From contig OX597814.1 in NCBI GenBank assembly GCA_951406725.2, forward strand, positions 86,552,001-86,616,000: 64,000 bases of DNA. The letters run 5' to 3'. The DNA comes from Octopus vulgaris. Lineage: Eukaryota. The notes under the pieces were generated by a model, which saw nothing but the letters and a program-made list of their open reading frames with translations, did not search any database and was not told where the DNA came from. Made by a program: the position numbers and the translations under genes. Below are positions 24,300 to 38,350 of the stretch, piece by piece (positions within the stretch are counted from its first letter, which is position 1; every line of letters starts with the position of its first letter).

Positions 24300-25659
24300 T
24301 AATTGAGAAGACCCATCAAGCCAAGTGAAATCATAGTTGTGGCTATTGCTGGTGTCATGTAAATGGCACCCATGAAACTGTAATTGTGGACATTGCCTGT
24401 AGCATGATCTTCAAATGCTGGACCTCATGGAGGTGATGACAAGTAACCGAGACCATGGCGATATGTTGTGCTTGAGAAGACTTGCCAAGCCAAGTGAAAC
24501 CATAGTCCTGGCCATTAACAGTGTCATATAAATGACACCCAAGAAATTGTAGTCAAGGGCATAGCTAGTGTCATGTAACTAGATGAATTTATAGATTTCT
24601 TTTTAAAAAACAAGTGTGGAGTTGTTTGCTTGGAAGAAGCTTTTTCTCATTCTATATAAATTTCTTGGTAACATGCAGAAATATTTGTTATAGTAGTAGA
24701 AACTTTTACATTTTATTAAAAATTTGGATCTTTATATTTATTATAAAATAAAACTCATAAATCCAGGGTCTCATAAAGCAGGTCCTCATAAAGTGAGGTA
24801 TTACTGTATATGCAGTAGACAAAAACAATGTTTCCAGAACCTGCAATTTCCTGGAATACTATAGTCATTTGTCCTCCCACCCCACTTATTTCAACCTGTA
24901 TCTCTGTGACCTTCCCAAAAGCTTCACCCTACTCACACCTTCCCAACATCCCCCACACACTGCTGCACAACTACACTAACACTACTTAAAGTTATCTAGA
25001 TACAGGCACCACAGCAACAAATTGAAAGTAACATGAATGAAATATTTCTCTTCCTATCAGCAACACCAGAAAACAAAGTACAACTTGCTGTCAGTTACAT
25101 TCAGTAATACACACAGAAGACAAAAATAATAAAACTTTCCATAATATACATAAGACATACTGCAGAAAAAAAAACCCTGAAAAGAAAAAAAAAACGATGT
25201 ACAAACACTTAGAGCAATCTCATTTAACTACTAGAAAGAAATATTGGTGTACAAACAGATCCATTGTGGACTGTTGCTATAACTGGGCCTGTAATCTCTC
25301 CACAACAAACTACAAAGAACAAAATGCATTATGTATCACCAGTTGTACACAAACCATAATGCCATACCACCAACAACGAAAGAACACAAGACCATTTAAA
25401 TATATAAGTAGTAGTTTGTTGCCATAGGAAACTTTAAACTCCTCTCATACAGCACTACTGCAACAGCATCCTAAACCAACCAACCAACCTACCCACCTGC
25501 CATTCAGCTCAAATAAGCATAAATAATGCATATACTGTAAATAGAAATGCTTGCAGCACTAATACCCTCACTAGCCTCTAACTCTATTGTGCTTGATTAT
25601 ACACTACACTATCAATAATTGCAAAGAGCAGCAACTCCAACAGTATCCACCTTGCTTAC

Positions 25660-26074
25660 CTTCACTGTGGCCACCACCAGAATCTATGGCTGTGCAAGAA
25701 TAGACAGAACAGTGTAGAGAGAGCAGTGTAATTAAGACTTGCACGCTACATGTTCATATGATTCATTACTGTGTGTTCAAGTGGGCAGTCAGATCCTAGC
25801 TAGGTAAGACAAAGTGGAACTGGGAAGACAGATCTGTGATCCCTGTCTCATCACTCACTGACCTAGAGTTACACAATATAATTGTCAGATCTCACCAAAT
25901 TGTAACTGCTCGCCTCAGATGCAACACAGTTGTCTGAAGCTTGTTTGACAGATTGTGTTATTCTTTGAAATACAGATTCAAAGGGTTAAATGTTTACACA
26001 ACTGTACCTTTAAGATGGAAAGCAATTTTAAGCTCCATGGAAACTCACTACATGTCACCCGCCAACTCATTTTT
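25660..26074 (-). other. Candidate non-coding 5'UTR exon of TMEM248
   Basis: Strong donor AAG|gtaagc at 25659 and possible acceptor ttttcag ending 26075. Unique, repeat-free island. The acceptor just before the ATG requires at least one upstream exon. Confidence 0.35.
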
Positions 26075-26919
26075 CTGAAAATGAGTTGGTTGATGTGGTA
26101 ATCTAATTTGACGATGTAGGTTGAACATCCTTTCACTGGAGGTCAATATTGAAACAACAATAAGTAATGTATCAGTTTAGAGATATTTCAGAAATTACAT
26201 TAGAAACAAATTCCAGTAATTCTATAGACAATACCTAGCATTAGTAGAATGCAAGACGGGATGGGGAGGAAGTATTAACTGTGTTGTTAATGAAACTGAT
26301 GATTAAGACATACTACTGTCCATTAACATTTAAAAGCACAATAGGATTTTTTTTTTAGTTCTTCCTATAATGGTGCTGTATACAAAACAGGAATAATATA
26401 ACCAATAGATTATGATCAGCTTTATCTATCTATCTATCTATCTATAGAAAATATAGTGAGAAAGAGAGAGAGAGACACCAACTTACATAAGACACTGACT
26501 TGACAAAGCTACAATTAATATGTATGAAGCCTTTGTGAGAAGAAACAGTAATTGCTTTGCTTTTAAAATCTGAGGATTATTTCCTATACAAAGAAAAGAT
26601 CCGGCTTATTCCTTAGAGACAGAAATTGAAAAGAAAAATGCAAGAGAATCTGTAGATGGCATAAGATAGATGTAGTTTCAGCCCCAGCAGAATACTGAAA
26701 TCATCAATAAAAATCAATAGAATTATCTTTTATGCTTATGTATCCATATACTAATACAAAGAGTCTGGTTGCTTTAACTTTCTGAGCCCAAACAGTTGGA
26801 ACTACTTTAGACTCTGGCAAATATTTTACAACCATCTCATAATATTTTCTATTATGTTTGTATGTAAACCAAATCTTACTTGAATCACAGACAACAGTTT
26901 TTTTTTGTTTGTTTTTTTT

Positions 26920-26954
<35 letters not shown>

Positions 26955-29230
26955 CATCTTTAATCATAGATCTGCTCACAGAATTAAAGTGTGGCTATTC
27001 AGTAACAACAGGTCTTCTCTGATGCAAACATAATTTAACACTTTAGCATTCAGATTATTCTGTCAAATGTAATGCTTATTTATTCACATTTTTAGAATGA
27101 CATTGTAGGGTAGGTTGAATCTGACCAGTTTGAACTGGTGGAATATTTTGGCCTGGTACAAATGGTTTAAATCAGGCAGAAACAATTCTGTTTGAGAAGC
27201 AGGACACATGAAACAGGACTCATTATCAAGCAGATTGCACTACTAAAAATATTCAAGGCAATTTCTTTAAGTGTGCCAAACAGAAAGTCTTGTGGGTTGC
27301 ATTTATCCATGACAAATTTAAATAATTTTCTTCATTTTTGACTCCCTAATCTAGGACTCCCTCATCTAGCATCACTCAATTCCAATCCACTCCCTCTTTT
27401 CTATTTCACTTTTCTTAGTCATCATCACTATTTAACATCCATTTTCCATGCTGGTATGGGATGGACAGTTACTCCTTTATTGCAAATCTTCCTCTTTGCT
27501 TTTTTAAATACTTATTTTTCTAAATAAGTAAAACTTTGGGAAGATGATACCTTATTAGTTGCTACATAATCCCATATTCTATTCTCCCTCGGTTTGTAAC
27601 TTCTACCTCTTCCAACAAGCATGGGGTTTTTGATTTCCAACTGCACAAGGGAGATTGCTCATGTGGTTAGTAGCAGACCCTAGGCTTGGTTTATCTCCTC
27701 TTTCATCAAACATTCAATTTATCTTACAAAAATATTGAAATCCCTAAAATAGAACAAGAAACAATCTCTATACAATTCTCTGTCCTCTACATCAATGAAC
27801 TCAACACCATTTACCAGCTTCTGCTAATAGATGGTAGATTAAGTCAACAACACCCACTATTCATAGTAAACAGCAGCTATATCTTAAGAACCCAATGTCC
27901 TAATTCTTTTAAATTCATTTGTTCTCTGAATTTTTCAGATTATCAACAGCTATTTGCCTATATCTAGGAATGCATTGAAATCATTGACATGGTCTCAATG
28001 CATTCATAAAGATCACCACTTCTCTCTCTCTCTCCAAAATCATCTTCCAGGATGACTTGCATACCTAGAGATAACTTTCCCTGAGGATATCTTCCTAGAT
28101 GACTTCACTATCACAACTCTTTTAGGATCTTTCATATTGATTCTGTTTTGTACAGAGGCCAAAATCTTGTCTACCTGGCTAGTCTTACTTGACTCTTTGG
28201 TTCACATACACACATAATGAACATGCTTGACTTCTGTTATATCCAAGTTCATCTTTTACTCAACCCACATAGTCTCAAAATCATAAAATTGTCTTACATT
28301 ATATTATCAATGCTTCCTTGATCACATCAACCAACCACATAGCATTCTTTACTAATGAAAGCTGTGGTACTTCAAATATCCACTCTGTTTACTCCCTCAT
28401 AACATTTTTCAATTCATGTGCTACTATCTCTAGCATGCCCTAGAGCTCGGTTACACTCCTAAATTTGCACTCTCTACACATATTCCTATACATACAATAC
28501 CATCTTTTGCACAGGGATCATTCACATAAACCTAAAGATCTTACATTAGATATATACCACTTATATAAATAAAGATCTTGAGAATTCCCTACCACCACCA
28601 TTATCATGTTATGCCTGCTTTCCATGTTGGCATAGGTTAGACAACAGTCCAAGCCAGTTCTTATTCATAGTTAATACCCTTCGATATTTTGGTGGGTTTT
28701 ATTGGATAGGCAAATTCCCCTCATTGCTACTCTATTTTTCATTCCTGTATTTAACAAGAAAAATGAAAACAAGAATCTCAGAGCAGTGATAGAGGAATAA
28801 CACCTTTGAATTAATGAATATATAAAACACCAGATGTCCATGCTTCTTTGGAACATGGGGACACTCAGGACTCATGGAAATATAACTAGGAGAAGAGGGT
28901 TGAGGAAGAAGTTTACAGAGAGAGAAGAAAAATTTCAAAGTTTGTGGAATTCTTCATTGCTTTCCTGGTTGACAGCTAAGATTTGGAGATTGATAGAGGC
29001 AGTAGTAGTGTGTAATGTATCAATGGGAACATGAGAATTATCTGAGACCCTTACATGCCAAATATCAGTGGTGTATTGGGGCATGAATTCAAGGTGCCAA
29101 GGGGCAGAGAATCAGGTCTCATTTGCAAGTTATATGTTTGGCACGGTTTTTATGGGTGGATGCTCCTTCTAACATCAGTCACTTTACAAAGTGTACTGAA
29201 TAGATTTTAGTGTAGCACCAACTAGAAAGA

Positions 29231-29232
<2 letters not shown>

Positions 29233-29298
<66 letters not shown>
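29233..29298. repeat. (TA)n microsatellite, representative of many TA/TG/AG/AAT arrays
   Basis: Pure TA run. Others at 1055-1236, 4056-4093, 8770-8830, 36577-36628. Confidence 0.95.
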
Positions 29299-29303
<5 letters not shown>

Positions 29304-31148
29304 CTAGTCCTATTTAACAGAATCAAAATACAATCAACACATATATAAATGAAACACATCTACTACACTACACTTTTTTTTCACCAACTTTACAAATGCT
29401 ACACTTCACAATCTAGTAATCTCTCATGGTGATCACATATCTGTAACATTTAGGTTATAGATACTTTCTATAGAATTGTATTTTGTTTTCTACATTCAGA
29501 ACTAAAAACTGCTTCACCCTATATCAGCTCCTACTTCTGTATGAGGTACAAGCATGTCTACAACTTACTAAAGGCAAACTAGTTGTTATATATGAAGATT
29601 CTAGACTACATTAAAAAAAAAATTGCCCATCCAACTGATTGGTAAGTTTTCACTCAACCTACTACAACAATTGCTTCTCTGAATTAATAAACTTGCAATC
29701 ACATTCATTCACATGTCACCATTGTGTTGTCCCTGTTGTATTACACCCCTAATTCCCTGTAGTGAACAGTTTGACAAAAACTAGAAAAAAAACCTCAAAC
29801 TTCCCAACTTGCCCAAATTTTCCCTTCAGACATTAACCTTTAAAAATTCAAGTTGAAAGTTAACTAACTTTATTGACTTCATTAATTAATCTATGTGAAA
29901 GGTGGCTGGCTGACAAAATCATTACCACAGCAGACAAAATACTTGGCAGCATTTCTTCTGACTTCACATTCTCAGTTCAAATGTTGCCTTTCACTCCTTT
30001 CTTGGTCATTAAAATAAGTACCAGTTGATGTAATCGACAAGCCCCCTCCCCACAAAATTTTAGGCCTTGTGCCTATATTAGAAAGTAAGAAATGGCAACA
30101 ATGGCACAGCTTTGTCAACTGTTAAGAGTGTTGGCATGCTGGAAATAAAATTTAGGCAATGAATAATGTTTCTCCTTTGTTTAAAGTACAGTAATACCTC
30201 ACTTTATGAGGACTCACTTTACAAGCTTTTACAGGTTTTATTTTGTTTACAAGCATTCTCCAGGAAGGAGTTAACTTGTATATTGAGGCATTCCAGTACA
30301 CTATATTCACTGAAGTATAACCATTTTTTCTCACTGCATTCTTACCTCAACCCCACCCATATAAAACAACCTGTTTTATCAGCCAATCAGTTGATTAAGA
30401 CTATCTCACAATGTTTTTATCTTTTGCATTTATAGAAGGGCTTAGATCAAGGAATAGAAAACAAAAGAAAAACATACGTAATATGAAGCACATGAATCCA
30501 TTGGCTTTACTTTTGATGACATAACCACCAACAAGCCAATGAGAAAGCCTTTACACACTTGACCTACAAAAAGCAGCAATCTAATCTCCCTAGAATCATA
30601 ACAAGTTTTAAAAAATGGCCTCATAGAATAACAAGAGTCTATGATCTGAAGCTCAACAACAGCTTGTTCAAGGCAATGATGGTACCACTACATGATTGCT
30701 CAACTTGCTAGAAATTACAGTTAAATTCCCTCAACACAGTACCATCTTTATTAAAGGACACATTGAAGAATTTTAGAATGTAATTTTAGATATACAGAAA
30801 ACATGAATATCATGGCTGCAATGCCTTGATCTCCTCAATTACACCTGACTTGAGACAAACCAACAACAAACACTTAATGCCATCTGCTACTATAGTGATG
30901 AACACACACACATGCATGCGCCAATATGTCACCAAGGCATAAAACAAACAATATATATTGAATTTTTTTTTAATACAGGCAAACATTAATAGAAAAAGAA
31001 ATCAAATATATTCACACCTTTCCGAAAGGCATCAATCATTTGAGTCCTTGATGAATTGAAAATTGAAACCAATGGTAACAAACTGTATTTTCTGAAGTAA
31101 AATCAAAAGTCCAATATAATTCCTTTATTAATAAGCTGATTAACATAT

Positions 31149-32148
31149 TGTTGTGGTTCAGCTTAAGGACAGAGCTGGTGACCTACTTTTGGAATAAAAA
31201 TCTACAGCCCTTTGTTTACTGGAAGAGTAATGGCTTTTGGAGGGACCTTTGGCCTTGTGCCAGTCGATTAGGGGTCAGAGAGATGTGAAGTAGTGAGAAA
31301 GACAGAGTAAGGAATCTGAGAGCAGATAGAGAGGATATTAGAGCTAAGAGAGGGATTGAGGGTAGTGATAGAGTAAGAGGTTTTTGGACAGTCGGTATTT
31401 GGTCATCAAAGCGAGCAGTCGTGATTTGGAAGTCAAAGCGAGCAGTTGGAATTTTAGGAGCAAGGATTTGGGAATTCGGGGCAAGAGTTTGGCAAGTTGG
31501 AGCTAGCAGTACTGAGAGAGAGGAACTACAATATGGGACACTGGCTATTCTAATTAGGAATTAAGGTACGTGAATTGTGTATTGATATGTGAAGAAAAAG
31601 AAGGACAAGGAATTGATGTACTGAACAGTGAAAAGAACAATGTGAATTGTGTACAGTGTTGTGATTTGAACATTGTATAATGAACATTGAACTGTTAGGC
31701 CTGTAATGTCCTTTGAACTGTATATGACTTGTTGATGTGTTTTGAAATAGAATTGTGTCTTCAACATATACCTTTGAAATGCTGATGTATTGAATATGAT
31801 GTGTTGTTACCGGATGGTTATATTGTTACTTGTATGTTTAAATGCTTTGATCTGTGGTATACCTGTATGATGTATTGAGTTGTCACGTGCATGTCCTCTT
31901 TTAAATGTATCTGAAATGTATTTGATGATATAACAATTGATTGTCATATAAACTAGTGTTAAATGTAAGCCAGTTGTGCCTTGCCTCTTTGTGTCTCTCT
32001 CGGTTGCCTCTGTGCTGCTGCTGCTGTTGTTGTTGTTGTATCTCTCCTCTCTGAGTTTCCGTAGCGAAAATATTCGCTGCATCGAATGGGCCCGGGTGTG
32101 AGGGATTCCGTAACAGTTCGAATCGGAGGTCCCCCCCCCCTCGTAACA
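31149..32148. mobile_element. Solo LTR (Gypsy-like), 1,000 bp
   Basis: TGTTGTG...CGTAACA termini with 4-bp TSD ATAT (31145-31148 and 32149-32152). Internal short tandem repeats, no coding remnant. Confidence 0.78.
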
Positions 32149-32778
32149 ATATCATTATTGATATCGTAATGATAGTTAAGAAGAAAAAATTAGGATTTGA
32201 TTTTTAAAAATCTGTAATCTGTTGGCATCTTTTCTGATTCCTTTGCAGCCAGTACTTAGCTTGACAGTGAGAAAGTCACTGTTGACACAGTTTCTGTTTG
32301 ATATTTAAGACAATAACTAAACAGCTTTAATATTTTCTTTTGTAAACTCTTCTGTCAATATTTTATATAATGAAATGCATTGCCCTAGACACAGGAATAG
32401 CTGTGCAAGTGCAGTTACATAGTGGAAACACTTGCTTCCTAACTATGTGGTTTTCAATTCAGCTTCACCGTACAGCACCTTGGGTCTTCTACTATAGACC
32501 CAGGCCAACCAAAGCTTTCTGAGTGGATTTGGTAGGCAGAAACTGAAAGAAACCATGTGTGAGTGCTTGTGTGCAGCTTTTGTGTTTATCCCTCACCACC
32601 ACCACTGGTGTTGATTTGTTTTTGCCTCTGTAACCTGGTGGTTTGGCAAAAGAGACTAATAGAATAAGTACCCGGCTTGATTTTTTTTCAACTAAACCCT
32701 TCACAGCAATGCCTCAGCATAGTCAGAGTCCAATGATTGAAACAAGTAAAAAATTAAAAATAAAGACACATACACAAA

Positions 32779-32995
32779 GTTCAAATTTATAGAAAACAAA
32801 AGACGAAGACAGGTGAAGGCATAACAAGCAGATGTATTAGTTTTAATGCCTGGGAAGAATAGAAAAGTCTTTGATGTTTCAAGCCTGCACTCTTCAACCG
32901 GAAGGATTGAGAAAGGGGGGAAAAAATGGAGAGAGAATGAAAAAAACAGAGAGAGAAAAAAAATGTGTAGGGATTAATGGTTCAGCAAGATGAAA
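32779..32995 (-). mobile_element. Small repeat with hammerhead-like motif (Penelope-like terminal repeat?)
   Basis: Homologous to 36408-36577; motif at 32867-32906. Confidence 0.5.
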
Positions 32996-34632
32996 TGGGC
33001 CACAAACTCACAAAATGGATTTCTTTTAGTTTTCGTCTAAGAAATCCACTCACAAAGCTTAGGTTGGCTCAAGGCTATAGAAGACACTTGCACAAGGTAC
33101 CACACAGTGGGACTCTGAACCTGAAAGCAAACTTCTTACCACACAGCCATGCCTGCATGTTCACAAATCTCGTAAAAGTTTTCAAGATTTAAGTTGGTAT
33201 CATTAACAAAGTTAATATTGGTTTTAGCAACATAATAATTGGTTTTAATGGCATTATCACAGGTATTTTGGCATACAGTGACAGGTGTCACAAAATAGCT
33301 CCACCCCAACTAGCTTGGTTTTTCTTGCAAAATCTGATGTATATAATCTTTAATTGTGTAGTGGCAATAGACATATTTCCTTGTGTGTTTATCTATTCCT
33401 TATCGGACTGAGAAGTTCTTCATTCAGCATAGTCTTGTTGTTTGTTTTGTTTTTTGCTTTTTGCTTTTTTTCTCCTCTCTGATGCCTTCAGATCACAGTA
33501 ACATTTACTTTAGTGACATTTCAGCAGTAAGTTAATGTAGCATTCCAAGGGAGTCAAAGGTAGGAGGAAATGAATCTTGTTTGGTACTTTAAGATGGGAA
33601 ACTGAAACTATGAAGAAGTAACAAGATTGAAACTCAACAACAGCAAGCTGGTGCTGGCTCAAATATTTCTATCTACAACAAAATCGTAGATAAAAGTTTT
33701 TTGGAGAACTTCTTACAAACAAGTAGAATACAAATAGCAGGGCCACTGTGTACAACATACAGAAGCAAATCCACATGAAGTGCACATGTTAGTCCTGGAT
33801 AAATGCTTCCTTCACTATCCTTAGACGATTTCATTCTATTTGAAAGGGAGGGAGGGGAGAGAGAGAGAGAGAGAGAGACCTGGACCAATGCAGCTGATGA
33901 AAGCTAAGCTGTTAAAAGAAAGAATATCTAGACATAATGTATATCACATCTGACATGTGACTGCAACCACATTGCTTTTACACATAGTATATAGCCCAAT
34001 AATCTGTCACACTGCAATCACAGTTTACAGAAAACATTGCACAGGATCTATTATCACCATGTCTCAAGTTAGCATTTCCAGTCTGAATGGAAGAACTCTT
34101 TATAAAGAAACTAATTAACCAATAGATTTTTAAAAGATACACAGATTTGAGAGGGAAATCCACATAAGCACAGACATGGCTGTGTGGTAAGAAGCTTCCT
34201 TCCCAACATGGCATGGGTTTAGGCTCAATCCCACTGCATGGCACCTTGGCCAAGTGGCTTCTATTATAGCCCCAAGTGACCAAAGCCTCGTGTATGGATT
34301 TGGTTGAAAGAAACTCTAAGAAGCCTGCCATATGTGTGCATATATGCCTATATGTTTTTGTGCTTATTCCCCACCACTACAAGATAACCAGTGTTGGTTT
34401 GTTTATTCCCATAACTCAGAGGTTAAAAGAGACTAATAGAATAAGTAGCAGGCTTAAAAATAAATACTGGGGTGATTTGCATGACTAAACCCTTCAAAGT
34501 GTTGTTTTGATGCTTCCCAACCACGCAGTTCCAGGTTCAGTCCCACTGCATAATACCATGGGTAAGTGTCTTCTTGTAACCTGAGGCTGGTCAAAGCCTT
34601 TTGAGTAAATTTGGTAGATGGAATCTGAAAGA

Positions 34633-34910
34633 AACTGTGTGTGTGTGTGTGTGTCCACACCACCGTTGTTTGGCAACTAGTGTGCTGTGTTGATGTCCCC
34701 CATAACTTAGCAGTTCAGCAAATAAGACCGACAGAATACCAGACTTACAAAGAAAAAAAAGTACTGGGGTCAACTGTGTGTGTGTGTGTCCACACCACCA
34801 TTGTTTGGCAACTAGTGTGCTGTGTTGATGTCCCCTATAACTTAGCAGTTCAGCAAATGAGACTGATAGAATACCAGACTTACAAAGAAGAAAAAAAGTA
34901 CTGGGGTCAA
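34633..34910 (+). repeat. Tandem duplication (about 138 bp) of a SINE body
   Basis: 34633-34773 matches 34772-34910. Confidence 0.85.
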
Positions 34911-36407
34911 TCCATTTAACTAAAAATTCAAGGTGGTGCCCCAGCATGGCTGCAGTCTGACTGAAGGAAGTAAAAGGATTTCTAAATTTTTTCTGTGCAC
35001 TAGAAATTAAGAAAATAGTAAATAAAAAAATGTTTTAAAAGTAAACATTTCATAAGCACAGGCATGGGTGTGTGGTTTAAGAAACTTGCTGTGCAATCAT
35101 GTGGTTTTGGGTTGATTCCCACGAAATAGCACCCTGGGCAAGTGTCTTCTACTATAACCCTGGGCCAAAGCCTTATGAGTGAATTTGAGAGACAAATGGA
35201 AATGTATGGAAGTCTGCTGTGTGCGTGTGCATATATGTGCCCCACCACAGCTTGTCAACCAGCGTTGGTTTCTTTAGATCCCTTTAACTTAACAGTTTGG
35301 AAAAAAGCAACTGATGGAATAAGTATCAGATTTTAAAATAAGTACTGAAATTGATTTATTTGGCTAAACCTTTTAAGGTGGCATGGTTGCTATCCAATGA
35401 TTGAAACTAGTAAAAGGTAAAGGCTTTCAAAATATCCTCCATAAAAAAAAACAAAAAAAACATGTTCATTAACTTATCTAGGGGATCTGCCTATCTTTAA
35501 CATGGTTGAGCAGCAAGCTTCCAATCACACAGCTACAATAATGAAATTTGGCAGGTAGAAGGCTGCATATATTTTTTGTGGTATTGGTAGAGAGTAATAG
35601 TTGATTAGATCAAATTTAATAGTTGACTGCTACTTATTTATCAAACCTGGAAAAATAAAACGTAAAAACTGATGTCTTATACTGACCTCACCAGAAAATG
35701 AGACACACCTAAATATTACAATGTATTTTGTTTTGTGTTTGAACAAGTAACATTAATAATGTAACTCAAATTCAGGCAAATTTTTTTTATTGCAATAGAT
35801 GATACTAAAATTTAAATGAAAATATGTCAATGGAAAAGGAAATAATGGAAAGACCAGGAAAATAGAAACAGGATAAATAATGACAGATTGGTGAACTTTA
35901 ATTTACCATCAGAATGAAAAAAATAGGGAGGCTCTGAAAAAAACAGACAACAAAAAAAACTTTTTTGGACAGACAATTTTAAATATTGGAAACTAAAGAG
36001 AGTCCAAGGTAATTTGCATCTGCAAAAATTTTAAAGCTTTGAAGCAATATGTTTCTATACACAATATAGTATCCATCATCGATTAGCTGTTTTTGTTTAG
36101 AGGCATAAATAATCTCAGTAATATTCTTTTGCTTTCTCTAATGAATAATAAACTGCAAATTGTAGACACCAAACCACAACAAAATAAATATAAACCTCTT
36201 GCTACAGTTGAGTGGAAGTACATCCAACTGAAAAAACCTAAATTCACTGAACCACACATGCTAATATATGTTTAAATAAAAGTTAGAAAAACTGTCACAC
36301 AACATAGCATTTATGTTTGTAAAATATCAGTGTTTGACGGTGTACAGTTTGTAAAAGATTATATAAGATACTGGACAAGATAAAAAGGAATATATATATA
36401 TATATAT

Positions 36408-36573
36408 AGTTGAAATTTACAAAAAAAAACAAATACGAAGACTAGTTTGATGCTCGGGAAATGAAGAAAAGTCTTTTATGTTTTGAGCCTATGCTCTTCA
36501 ACAGAAAGGAATAGGAGAAAATAAACAGAGGGAGAATGAAAAAAAAAAACTTGAGGATTTAGCGATCAAGCAT

Positions 36574-36577
<4 letters not shown>
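36408..36577 (-). mobile_element. (TA)n-embedded small repeat with hammerhead-like motif (Penelope-like terminal repeat?)
   Basis: Flanked on both sides by (TA)n. Minus strand reads CCTTT CTGTTGA A GAGC ATAG GCTC AAAACATA AAAG. Confidence 0.5.
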
Positions 36578-36631
<54 letters not shown>

Positions 36632-37481
36632 AGAATATTGATTACAATAAATCAACAAGAGTTCACAATACACTTTATGTTGGCAAGCTGGGAAGTAGCA
36701 ATAAAAGGCATGTTCATTGCCTAAGTAGTAGGATTTGAAACCAAAGACGTTAAATTTAATAGGAAGAAGTTTTGATGGTGGTGGATTTTTCTATCAAGTA
36801 TTCAACTAGAGACTGACAAGACACATCCACATAGGTCTCAGAGTAAGAGCTTACAGAGTTATTTCCCTTATTCAGTTACAATCATCTTGATCTAAATGGC
36901 TTGAGAAAAAGTACAGCAAAACAATTGGTTTGATGCACAGAACCTCGTTCCAAAACTGCAATAAAAAACGACAACAACACACACGCACACACACGATCTA
37001 ATCACAGACAAAATACATATTTATCTGCAACTGACCTGTGTTGATCCGCTAGTAATTACGTAGCATGATTTTGATTTCTTTCACTTTCAGAAGTGACAAA
37101 ATGATTCAAAACTAAATGAAAACTAACCAATAACTACGGAGTACTTCTTTTGATGGTTAAAAAAAAATTACATAACATATACAAGATAGGTAATAACTAA
37201 GGATAGTAACTTCAAGATTTGTTTCCAGCTGAAATGAGTTGCAGTTGAATTAGATGTTTATTTGAATTAGTACAGCAGTTTTAACCCTTTTCACAATCAA
37301 TATTTCTAATGAAATACATGAACCGTTAGTATTTGAGAAGATTTAGTAAAATAACTTTTTCATAAAGCTGGTGCCACATAAAATTATGGAAGATATTAAT
37401 TTTTATATGAAGATTTGGAAACAAGAAGTTTTCAATCCCAGAACCAGAGTCAGCCTACGGGGTTGAAGTCAAAAGGATTAA

Positions 37482-37808
37482 CCCAATAGCATTCAGATTA
37501 TTCTGTCAAATTTAATGCTTATTTATTCACATCATCATCATCATCATCATTTAGCGTCCGCTTTCCATGCTAGCATGGGTTGGACGGTTCAACTGGGGTC
37601 TGGGAAGCCAGAAGGCTGCATCAGGCCCAGTCTGATCTGGCAGTGTTTCTACGGCTGGATGCCCTTCCTAACGCCAAACACATTATTTTGAATTTATCAT
37701 GCATCATCTTACAGCTTTGAAATGTTCATGATGTAATTGCTTATGTTTAGAAGGATATTGTAGGGTAGGTGTGAGAGGTTGCATCTCGCTGGTTTAAATG
37801 CTAAAGGG
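37482..37808. mobile_element. piggyBac-type MITE with a nested young retroposon at 37531-37677
   Basis: TTAA|CCCAATAGCATT...AATGCTAAAGGG|TTAA. Same family at about 6485-7204, 12286-12650 and 27035-27170. Confidence 0.8.
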
Positions 37809-38350
37809 TTAATGGGTATTTTTGTTTTTTGTTTTTCAAAATTAGTATAGAGTGAACAGGTCTGCATTACAGTAAATCAGCATTCATCTTGATCCAGCAT
37901 CATCTCATCCATGAGGTGCAATATCCCGAGATCTGTCCTTCACAGTACATTTTACCCAATTCTCATCATTCACAAGTTTGTAGGAAAGGGGCAATTGTAC
38001 TTGAACTTAATACAAAGTGTGATGAAATGAAATACTGCAAGGCCTTTGGTCTGGTGCATTGCTTCTGTTACTCAGGTTAAATTACAAATTAAGAATTTTA
38101 CTACTTTAGTATTTTGCAAATTCCAATATCACTTGCAATAATGAAAAAAAAATTACTGAATTAAGAGTAAGCTACACTTAAAACTGAGAAAAAAATTTTA
38201 TACATTTATAAGTCAAATATTCTAAAAGTATGTTTAGGATTAAATCACATAAATTATAGTTCCCTGGAGTTAATGAAGATATTACAGAAATGTGGTCTAG
38301 TGGGTAGTGACATTAACACATATGATAAAAGCCACTGCTAGCCTCTACAT

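Noticed and set aside
33493-33533. Plus-strand micro-exon (cag...gtaagt)
   Set aside because: No partner exons or recognisable peptide; such signals are expected by chance.
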